NCBI GenBank assembly: GCA_038206875.1
Contig: JBBRAK010000001.1
Coordinates: 67,925 to 131,924, forward strand
Length of the DNA: 64,000 nt
Origin: Candidatus Saccharimonadales bacterium
Lineage (GTDB): Bacteria > Patescibacteriota > Saccharimonadia > Saccharimonadales > JBBQAJ01
Reading direction: 5' to 3'
Numbering within the stretch: the stretch's first letter is position 1; every line of letters begins with the position of its first letter. Positions 10,459 through 18,223 of the stretch are shown here, one piece after another. The translations under genes and the position numbers were made by a program. The notes under the pieces were generated by a model. That model was not told where the DNA came from. It did not search any database and was given only the letters and a program-made list of their open reading frames with translations.

Positions 10459-10815
10459 ATGACAGAACAACCTACGTCGGAACCAGACAAAAAACCTAAA
10501 GTCTCAAAAGGCAAAGCTTTTGGAGCGGGCATAGCTGCAACAGCCTTAGCATTAGCTGCGGGTATTGGGATTCACTATGGCGCTGATAAACCTATCACAA
10601 GTGAGCGCGTCGAATCAGCTGGGGCACCAAGTCCTGATCGAAAACCGGTCGAGACTGCAACACCTGTGGAACCAGCGTTACAAACAGCTGCCGACCAGGC
10701 TACATTACAAGCAGAAGCGGAGAAACAGGCAGCTACAGTTGCAGCTGAACAAGCGGCTGAACAAACCGCAGAAGCAACAGCACAAGCTGGTTTACCAGTT
10801 GAAACTCTCCAGTAG
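10459..10815 (+). CDS. Ala/Gln/Thr-rich small membrane-anchored protein, unknown function
   Basis: N-terminal basic segment plus one TM helix (GAGIAATALALAAGIGI), then low-complexity AEQA repeats. Shadow ORFs on both strands reflect the composition bias. Confidence 0.4.
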   Translation: MTEQPTSEPDKKPKVSKGKAFGAGIAATALALAAGIGIHYGADKPITSERVESAGAPSPDRKPVETATPVEPALQTAADQATLQAEAEKQAATVAAEQAAEQTAEATAQAGLPVETLQ

Positions 10816-11097
10816 CTAATCACTACACCAGTCCGGCAGGGGGCGATGCACAAGATGGTCCTGCTTCCACATACGTTGCAAGTGAAGATTCACAAACTTA
10901 CAATGAAGTAGACCCAGTAACAGGCGATGTAGTCGGTGGTCCGTTCCCTAATCCAAATGCACCAAAACCGCCCGAAGCACCTTAGTTATAAGACGAGATT
11001 AGAAAGCACAACCAGCCACTATTAGTTGAAATAGGAGTAGATTACTCATGTATAATGAGCTGGTCTGATTTCTATCATCAATAAATGGGGGGCTTTT

Positions 11098-12330
11098 GTG
11101 CAATTGCCGAAAACTACACACAGTAAACCAAGGCGAAAAAGCCAAATAGTAAAAACACTAGGGTATTCAGTAACTGCTGGTCTGATATTTTTGGGTGGTT
11201 TCGGGATTGGCAATGGCACAATTGTTATCAACAAAGACCAATTGTTGCGCAGGAGTATACAGAAAAATTCGCCAAATAACCTAGACTACAGTTCTGTAGA
11301 AAAAGTTTACGACACTCTTAGAAAAGAATACGACGGACAGCTAGACACAGAAAAATTGCTTGATGGAATCAAATCCGGCTTAGCCTCAGCCGCCGGTGAT
11401 CCATACACTGAGTATCTAAATTCTAAGGCAACTTCTGAGTTTAACGAACAGTTAAACGGTACATTTAGTGGAATTGGTGCCGAGCTCGGAAAAGATGACA
11501 AGGGAAATATAGTTGTCATTGCACCTATTTCTGGATTTCCAGCTGAAAAAGCAGGCCTTAGGCCGAGGGATGTTGTGATTGAAATCAATGGTGAATCTGC
11601 CCAGGGGATATCAATAACGGACGCTGTGAGCAAAATACGAGGTGAAAAGGGCACAACAGTAAAACTCAAAATTGTTCGTAATAAAACAGAGCAAATTGAC
11701 CTAGATATAATCAGAGATACCATAACTATTCCTAGTGTAGAGAGTAAGATTTTGGATGGAAACATTGGATATATGAAGATTTCACGGTTTGGTGACGACA
11801 CCAGTGAGCTTGCCAATAAAGTGGCTAGAGAGTTCAAGGACAAAGGCGTTAAGGGGGTAGTCTTGGACGTTCGAGGCAATCCCGGTGGGCTTTTGGACTC
11901 TTCGGTTTCGGTAAGTAGCTTGTGGCTTGCTCCGGGCAAAACAGTTCTAGATGAAAAACGAGATGGTTTAGTGACGAGAACATTCAAATCTCAAGACACT
12001 CCTGTCCTGGCAGGTATACCGACAGTTGTTTTGATAGACGAAGGTAGTGCAAGTGCAAGTGAGATTACGGCAGGCGCACTGCACGACAACGGTGTGGCAA
12101 AATTATTTGGTGAAAAAAGTTTTGGAAAAGGAAGCGTCCAACAACTTGAACAGCTTGGAGATGGTAGCGTACTAAAAGTAACTATCGCCAAATGGTTTAC
12201 ACCGAATGGCGTAAACATCAACAAAGATGGCATAAAACCTGACACCGAGGTTAAGTATGACGATGCAAAGTTCAAGTCCGGCATAGACAACCAGCTAGAG
12301 TCCGCCAAAGCATCTTTAATGACCAACTAG
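11098..12330 (+). CDS. ctpA: C-terminal processing (tail-specific) S41 peptidase with PDZ domain
   Basis: PDZ segment (IVVIAPISGFPAEKAGLRPRDVVIEINGE). S41 catalytic region (VLDVRGNPGGLL.. LIDEGSASASEI). N-terminal TM anchor. GTG start after a GGGGGG SD. Confidence 0.88.
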   Translation: MQLPKTTHSKPRRKSQIVKTLGYSVTAGLIFLGGFGIGNGTIVINKDQLLRRSIQKNSPNNLDYSSVEKVYDTLRKEYDGQLDTEKLLDGIKSGLASAAGDPYTEYLNSKATSEFNEQLNGTFSGIGAELGKDDKGNIVVIAPISGFPAEKAGLRPRDVVIEINGESAQGISITDAVSKIRGEKGTTVKLKIVRNKTEQIDLDIIRDTITIPSVESKILDGNIGYMKISRFGDDTSELANKVAREFKDKGVKGVVLDVRGNPGGLLDSSVSVSSLWLAPGKTVLDEKRDGLVTRTFKSQDTPVLAGIPTVVLIDEGSASASEITAGALHDNGVAKLFGEKSFGKGSVQQLEQLGDGSVLKVTIAKWFTPNGVNINKDGIKPDTEVKYDDAKFKSGIDNQLESAKASLMTN

Positions 12331-12446
12331 TACGGTAGTTAATATTCCGGTAAGTCTAAGGGGATTTATAGATTTGAATTTGGACTTTACTACTAGGGGT
12401 CTAATCTGTTAGTATCAACAATGTAAATTATAGAGGGAAGTGAGTC

Positions 12447-14054
12447 GTGGCAAAAGGTCAGACTAGATATATATTTGTTACTGGTGGTGTGCTTTCCGGA
12501 CTTGGAAAGGGTATAACAGCCGCTTCGATTGGCAACCTCTTAAAATCTCGTGGATTTAAAGTAAACTTGCAAAAGTGCGATCCGTATTTAAATGTTGATG
12601 CGGGGTTATTGAACCCACGTGAACATGGTGAATGTTTTGTGACTCGTGATGGTGCTGAAACAGACCTGGACTTGGGTCATTATGAACGATTTGTAGATGA
12701 AGAAATGACTGGTGCAAGTAGTCTGATGAGCGGTCGAGTGCTGTTGAAGCTAATCCAAGACGAAAGAGCTGGAAAGTTTGATGGTGATGACGTGCAAATA
12801 GTTCCTCATCTGACGGGGGCAATTCAGGATTGGATTGTAAATGCGGGAGCTAATTACGACGTACACATTGTGGAAATTGGAGGTACGGTTGGTGACTTTG
12901 AGTCAGTGTCTTTTATAGAGGCAATTAGAGAGTTGGGATTAAAAGTTGGGCTGGAAAACTGTACATACGTACACGTTGTATACTTGCCATATTTATTGGC
13001 CAGCAACGAACTAAAAACCAAACCAGCACAAAATTCTGTCAGAGAACTGCGAGGTTTGGGGATTGCTCCAGATATATTGGTGGCACGTAGTCAGTCTTCG
13101 GCTAACAAATCAGTGATAGAAAAATTGAGCTTGTTTAGTGGTGTTCCGGATGATTCAATTGTTTCTTTGCCGGACGCCAATAGTATATACGAAGTGCCAC
13201 TTACGCTGGAAGATTCTGGGATTGCTGATGTGATTGTTGCAAGTTTGGGTCTGAAAGCGAAGAGGCCAGACCTAAAGGATTGGCGCTCGGTGGTTAAAAT
13301 GGCAACAGCAAACCATAAACAAACGGTAAAAATCGGATTCGTGGCTAAATACATGGACAACACAGATACATATATGTCTGTTTTTGAGGCCTTGAAGTCT
13401 GCTGGATGGAATAACGGCGCAAAAATCGATATTAAATGGATTGATGCATCGAAATTTGACCATGAAGGCGCAGATATAGTGTCATCTCTTGAGGTGTTTG
13501 ATGGAGTCGTTGTTCCGGGTGGCTTTGGTGTGAGGGGCCTAGAGGGCAAAATCAAGGCTGCTCAATATGCATTGAAATCTAAGACTCCGTATTTGGGACT
13601 TTGCTTAGGGCTTCAAATGGGAGTTATTGCTGCTGCTAGAAATGCCGGGATTGTAGACGCTACTACATTTGAACTAAACCCAGACGGAAAAGATTTGTTG
13701 ATAACCACCATGGCAGACCAAAAAGGCAAACTAAACACCGGTGGGACTATGCGTCTAGGAAACTATAACTGCGAACTTGAAAAAGAAAGTTTAGTGGCCA
13801 AGATTTACGGGACTACAAAGATTGTGGAACGACATCGACATAGGGGAGAGTGTAACAACAGCTATGTTGACCAATATCAATCATGGGGTATTCGTGCGAC
13901 GGGCGTAAACCCAGAGAACAATTTGGTAGAGATTATTGAGGGAACGGAACATCCGTTTTTCTTGGCAAGTCAATTTCATCCAGAGTTCAAATCTCGTCCT
14001 AACAGACCGCATCCTATGTTTGACGGTTTTGTGCGAGCGATTATTGGCAAGTAA
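12447..14054 (+). CDS. pyrG: CTP synthase
   Basis: N-terminal synthetase domain (YIFVTGGVLSGLGKGITAAS) and C-terminal class I glutamine amidotransferase (GLCLGLQ.., HPEF). 535 aa. Confidence 0.95.
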   Translation: MAKGQTRYIFVTGGVLSGLGKGITAASIGNLLKSRGFKVNLQKCDPYLNVDAGLLNPREHGECFVTRDGAETDLDLGHYERFVDEEMTGASSLMSGRVLLKLIQDERAGKFDGDDVQIVPHLTGAIQDWIVNAGANYDVHIVEIGGTVGDFESVSFIEAIRELGLKVGLENCTYVHVVYLPYLLASNELKTKPAQNSVRELRGLGIAPDILVARSQSSANKSVIEKLSLFSGVPDDSIVSLPDANSIYEVPLTLEDSGIADVIVASLGLKAKRPDLKDWRSVVKMATANHKQTVKIGFVAKYMDNTDTYMSVFEALKSAGWNNGAKIDIKWIDASKFDHEGADIVSSLEVFDGVVVPGGFGVRGLEGKIKAAQYALKSKTPYLGLCLGLQMGVIAAARNAGIVDATTFELNPDGKDLLITTMADQKGKLNTGGTMRLGNYNCELEKESLVAKIYGTTKIVERHRHRGECNNSYVDQYQSWGIRATGVNPENNLVEIIEGTEHPFFLASQFHPEFKSRPNRPHPMFDGFVRAIIGK

Positions 14055-14265
14055 TTATACTGGACATACCCAAACCTCCCCCATCCCCAGGTCAAATAAT
14101 CTCAGCTGGTAGCAGTCTGTCTTCTCTCTATGTACCAACAGGTACCTATCCTGCAGACAAATCACTTCCAACTCGAGCTGATTTGACCTTGGAATGAGCG
14201 ATTTCGCGTAAGTTCAGTCTCTTTCACCATTGAAAATTGAACAAGGCTAATGTAACATTAGCTCC

Positions 14266-14751
14266 ATGGACGAACAAACATCACAACCAGCCCCAGAACC
14301 AGTTGCAGACAATAACTCAGTACCAACAACGGATGAAACACAACAAGCAGATGAATCACAAGCAACGACTACAACAGCTCATCCTAAAAAGATTTTACTA
14401 GTCGAGGATGACGATGCTCTGGCTAGCGTATATCAGGTTCGATTGCAGGCAGAGGGCTTTGACTTACGCCGTGTACCAAACGGTGAAGAAGCTCTAGCGG
14501 CTGCGATTGAATACAAACCTGATCTGATTTTGCTTGACGTCATGATGCCAAAAGTTAGTGGATTTGATGTGCTGGACATACTGCGCAACACCCCACAAAC
14601 GCTAAATGTAAAAGTCATCATGCTGACGGCGCTGAGCCAGGACAGCGACAAAGAACGTGCCATGTCTCTGGGAGTTGATGATTATTTAGTAAAGTCTCAA
14701 GTAGTTATTGCTGACGTAGTAGACAAAATCAAAAACCACCTGGGCGTATAG
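14266..14751 (+). CDS. single-domain response regulator (CheY-like receiver) with Q/T/P-rich N-terminal extension
   Basis: Receiver motifs intact: LLVEDDD, LILLDVMMP (phospho-Asp), IMLTA, YLVKS. No output domain. About 65% identical to the receiver of the RR at 58654-59754. Confidence 0.8.
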   Translation: MDEQTSQPAPEPVADNNSVPTTDETQQADESQATTTTAHPKKILLVEDDDALASVYQVRLQAEGFDLRRVPNGEEALAAAIEYKPDLILLDVMMPKVSGFDVLDILRNTPQTLNVKVIMLTALSQDSDKERAMSLGVDDYLVKSQVVIADVVDKIKNHLGV

Positions 14752-14809
14752 TCCAAAAAACAGTCAAAGCAGCCAAAAACAGCTACTTTACTATATCTGT
14801 AAAATGTAA

Positions 14810-14838
14810 TTGACTATTCAACCCGTTTATGCTATTAT
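14810..14838 (+). promoter_or_regulatory. sigma70-like promoter TTGACT-17-TATTAT
   Basis: TTGACT at 14810-14815, a 17-nt spacer, TATTAT at 14833-14838. About 25 nt upstream of the 14863 start. Confidence 0.35.
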
Positions 14839-14862
14839 TATCTCTGTTAAGCAAAAACAAAA

Positions 14863-16350
14863 ATGACAGAAATAAAGCTTCAAGCAGAAATCACCGCAAC
14901 AGAGCAACAACAAGCCCTTCCATTGGGTGAAAATTTAGGACATCAACATCTTGATTCAATGAACATGATAAATGGGCTGGCGGAGTCTGGCATCCCGATT
15001 GAAGATAAGGTGGGAGTGGCACAATCTCTTGATGTACTCCGAGATGAATTTGGCATTGATGATGACGTATTTGAACAACCTAAACCTAAGTTAGTGTTGA
15101 CGGCAATTGCCGACAAACTTAATCGAGTGAATAAATCCGAGACAACACACGTAAAAAAAGCAGGTGAACTAGAGTATGTGGCAGATTTGGTAATGCTAGC
15201 TGTCGGCCCACAGACTACTTATGCGGAACAATATATTTCCTCAATGGAAACGTTAGGTGTGTCAGATGAAAAAGCTAAGGCAGTACATGACAAGTTCACG
15301 CAACCTGAAGTGACCAAGGATATGGATAAGTTTTTACGTGGGGAAGCTTTCGATCCGTTGAGAGCACGCCTAGGAATTACTGACGAAATGCCGTATGAAG
15401 TAAAAGTTTTAAGCATAGATTCTGAAGGTGGAGTACAGTCTTATGGCTTGATACCATATGTTGATTTTGGTGAGGAACAGCTATCACATGAAGAATTTAG
15501 TTCTAGAGTTAGCGAAAACAATTTTAGAGGTGAGTATGTGAAAGGCCTCAAAGCAAACGGTAAGGCATTTAATGCTGGTTTGGGACGAGAGGGCACTTTT
15601 GCTCCAGCATGGGTTTCCACGTTTAGTGATGGTTCAGTATTTCTCTGCTTAGCGTTACCAACAGCCGAGAAAGTACTGTACACAGATGAAGAAAGATCGA
15701 GTTATTTTAGCGAAGATGATAGGTTGCGTGATTTAGCTATGGTAGAGCATGAATTTACGCATACTCAGAAGTCACTATTGCTCGACGAACATATTGGGTT
15801 GGGGATTGCATTAGAAGAGCTACGAGCAGAACATTTTTCAGGAAATAAACACGGCTACTTAGAAATAAAAAAGTTATTTAGGGGCATAGGAGTCATGCAT
15901 GACTTTAATGTAGAATCAAACTTTGAAAAGGGAGACAAACCCTATGATGAAGAACGTTTTCTAACAGAAATTTCAATAAACATGGGTTTGGATGGGCTGT
16001 TAGATGTACTGACGGTTATCCCGAGTAACTATGCAACTGATGAAAACGCTTCACCCTATCTTAAGGCTATTGTTGATCATAATGGGGGGTCTTTAAGTGC
16101 TCATTTTCAAAAATTATATCAAAAGGCAAAATTAAAACATGGCTCAGATAAAGTTGAGGCAAGGTTTGATGAGTACGTTGATAAAATCAGGGATACACTG
16201 AAAGACAACGATGGCCTTTCCGTCGAATCCTTTTTACACTATGGTAGTCCAGAGGCATTAGCTAAAATAGGAAGTGAAAATTTTAGACGACGATATCCCG
16301 ACGAATCCGATAATTATGATTATGACAATCATAGAATGTTTGAAAAATAA
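14863..16350 (+). CDS. hypothetical acidic 495-aa protein with mid-protein HEXXH zincin-like motif
   Basis: No TM or signal peptide. AMVEHEFTHTQKS...LLLDEHIGLGIALEE fits HEXXH plus a downstream Glu (gluzincin-like) and resembles the HExxHxxQ motif of DUF4157-type domains. No other recognisable domain. Confidence 0.5.
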   Translation: MTEIKLQAEITATEQQQALPLGENLGHQHLDSMNMINGLAESGIPIEDKVGVAQSLDVLRDEFGIDDDVFEQPKPKLVLTAIADKLNRVNKSETTHVKKAGELEYVADLVMLAVGPQTTYAEQYISSMETLGVSDEKAKAVHDKFTQPEVTKDMDKFLRGEAFDPLRARLGITDEMPYEVKVLSIDSEGGVQSYGLIPYVDFGEEQLSHEEFSSRVSENNFRGEYVKGLKANGKAFNAGLGREGTFAPAWVSTFSDGSVFLCLALPTAEKVLYTDEERSSYFSEDDRLRDLAMVEHEFTHTQKSLLLDEHIGLGIALEELRAEHFSGNKHGYLEIKKLFRGIGVMHDFNVESNFEKGDKPYDEERFLTEISINMGLDGLLDVLTVIPSNYATDENASPYLKAIVDHNGGSLSAHFQKLYQKAKLKHGSDKVEARFDEYVDKIRDTLKDNDGLSVESFLHYGSPEALAKIGSENFRRRYPDESDNYDYDNHRMFEK

Positions 16351-16382
16351 CACAAATCTAATTATAAATGAATATTGGGAAG

Positions 16383-16655
16383 CTATTCTACGGTGACTTC
16401 GGTTCGGTAGGTGGTTCGGCCGGTGAAGTGGCGGACTCGACGTTGAGAAAATTTAACTATGCCGTCTTTGGCTGCATGGATGGTAAAGTTTCGAGATAGG
16501 AAAGTACCGTTACCAGCTCTTTTTGTGCTACCTGTTTGACGGATGATAACTTGGCCAGTTTTTACTGCTTGACCACCAAAAAGTTTGACACCAAGTCGTT
16601 GACCAGGTGAGTCATGGTTGTTTTTGCTAGTTCCGCCTGCTTTTACGTGTGACAT
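16383..16655 (-). CDS. rpmA: 50S ribosomal protein L27
   Basis: MSHVKAGGTSKNNHDSPGQRLGVKLFGGQ... is the canonical L27 N-terminus with no Firmicute-type pro-peptide. 90 aa. Confidence 0.9.
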   Translation of the reverse strand: MSHVKAGGTSKNNHDSPGQRLGVKLFGGQAVKTGQVIIRQTGSTKRAGNGTFLSRNFTIHAAKDGIVKFSQRRVRHFTGRTTYRTEVTVE

Positions 16656-16790
16656 TCGATTCTCCTTCGCGGCACACTGCCGCGTTAGAACTTCCGCTAC
16701 TCATTCACCGTACCTATAGTACGGCTCACTCCGTTGCTCTGTTCTGCCTTGCATTGCACTCGCGAAAGAGAATCTTTCGCAAATATATGC
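16656..16790 (-). promoter_or_regulatory. structured 5' leader of rpmA with alternative SD-sequestering helix
   Basis: Three local hairpins on the minus strand: GCGAAAGA-TTC-TCTTTCGC, CCGTAC-TATAG-GTACGG and CGCGGCA-GTG-TGCCGCG. A 13/14-nt long-range complementarity joins GATTCTCTTTCGCG to the SD region CGCGAAGGAGAATC. Confidence 0.4.
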
Positions 16791-16792
16791 AA

Positions 16793-18028
16793 CTATTTTC
16801 TTGTTAAAACGACTAGCTCACGGGCTACGATTTGCTCTGGTCTGTGATAGATCAGGTTCGCACTGTCCACATGAGTAAATACCGCACGAGTATACCCCAA
16901 TTCTGACAGATTATCAAGGACTTTAAGGTGTGAAAATCCAAATTTTGTTTTCCAGGCGGGGACTGCAATGCACATTCGAAATCCAGGTTTTGTTTGCCGG
17001 GCAATGTTTTGTAGGAACTTTTTATGTATTGTGTCTACGTCAGACATGACTTCGCGGAGGATTTCTGGTTTGGGCAGTGCGGAAAACGGTCTGCCGAGGT
17101 ATGTTTCACATGCTACAAAATCAATTCCTTCCCATGCGTAGTTTGTGGCATCTGCTGTTTTAATTTGAAACTTGCTACCCGTCATACGAAATTTAGAAAC
17201 GAGCCACTGCAGGTTTGTTTGGCTATATTCTGTCATACGGGGCTCTAAATCTGTTCCTAGGGCGTTATAGCCCATCAGTAGAGCTTCTTGGAGTACGACG
17301 CCCGTGCCACAGAATGGATCCAAGATTGTTTGGTCAAGTTGCGGGCGGGGAATCGTGTCTCCAGCAGGAATTTCGCAAATAGAAGTTAATTTTTCTTCTG
17401 GTAGCTTGCCGACAGCTAGATTTATAATTATTTGGGCAAGTTTGGGCGGAAGCATACCGATTTTGGCATCTCGTTTGGGGCGCATTTGGTCGCGCGCGGC
17501 GTACGCTTCTATGTCTTGAATTTTTATGGTCTGGGCTATGTATGTTTGCTGCCCACTACGAATAAAATATAACTCCCATCCTGTAGGTCCTGTCAGGTGG
17601 TTATGTAGTACTTGGGCAGTGTTTAGCTCCAAGGATTTGTTTGGTATTAGACGAACCGAGCGACCAGTCTGACGAATGGCTTTTTTGAGATTTAGGCCAG
17701 TTATTTGCATTTGTTTTAGGGTAACGTTTAGGCCTATTGCGCTTAAGCCTAACTGCATTTTGCCTTCTGGCATGCGACTAGAATGTTCTGGCGAAACTTT
17801 TACTAAGAACTTTTCGATTTCTTTCCAATCGGTAGTGTCCAAAACAGTCAGCAACTTCCCAAATTTTACCGAACCACCAAGCCGATCAAATGCTAATAAG
17901 CAAGGATCAACATCAATTATTGTGGCTTGTGAGCCGATAGGATTAATTACGTCAGCACCGTATAGACTTTCAAGTTCGGCAAGCCCTAACGCAGGCTGTC
18001 TGCCTAGAATTGCAACAGATTGTGTCAT
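16793..18028 (-). CDS. THUMP-domain class I SAM-dependent RNA (guanine-N2-type) methyltransferase
   Basis: N-terminal THUMP-like region and C-terminal Rossmann MTase with motif I LDPFCGTGVVLQEA. Start placed at MTQSV (18028) because the inverted repeat at 18040-18053 lies upstream of it. Resembles Trm14/RlmL-type enzymes. Confidence 0.65.
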   Translation of the reverse strand: MTQSVAILGRQPALGLAELESLYGADVINPIGSQATIIDVDPCLLAFDRLGGSVKFGKLLTVLDTTDWKEIEKFLVKVSPEHSSRMPEGKMQLGLSAIGLNVTLKQMQITGLNLKKAIRQTGRSVRLIPNKSLELNTAQVLHNHLTGPTGWELYFIRSGQQTYIAQTIKIQDIEAYAARDQMRPKRDAKIGMLPPKLAQIIINLAVGKLPEEKLTSICEIPAGDTIPRPQLDQTILDPFCGTGVVLQEALLMGYNALGTDLEPRMTEYSQTNLQWLVSKFRMTGSKFQIKTADATNYAWEGIDFVACETYLGRPFSALPKPEILREVMSDVDTIHKKFLQNIARQTKPGFRMCIAVPAWKTKFGFSHLKVLDNLSELGYTRAVFTHVDSANLIYHRPEQIVARELVVLTRK

Positions 18029-18039
18029 GCATATCAGTA

Positions 18040-18200
18040 TATAGGACTTTCGTTCATCACCGCAGTAACAGACCACAGATAGCTAGCTACAAACTATCTA
18101 TCTCATCTCAGTGTAGCTACAGCTACCCTTCCATAAGCTAGACAGTTTTCGCTTCAACTATATGCACCCTGTTCTCTACGTAAATGTACGAAAGTCCTAT
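18040..18200. repeat. 160-bp element bounded by 13-bp perfect terminal inverted repeats (ATAGGACTTTCGT / ACGAAAGTCCTAT)
   Basis: Arms at 18041-18053 and 18188-18200. The interior carries nested palindromes (AGATAGCTAGCTAC...CTATCT, GTAGCTAC). Sits in the divergent intergenic region between the THUMP MTase and the UPF0104 gene. Confidence 0.4.
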
Positions 18201-18223
18201 GTACCTTGATATAATAAATATCA

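Noticed and set aside
10565-10853. Alternative-frame ORFs (10565-10819 +, 10575-10853 -) inside the Ala-rich gene
   Set aside because: Products of GC-rich repetitive GCN codons; no SD.
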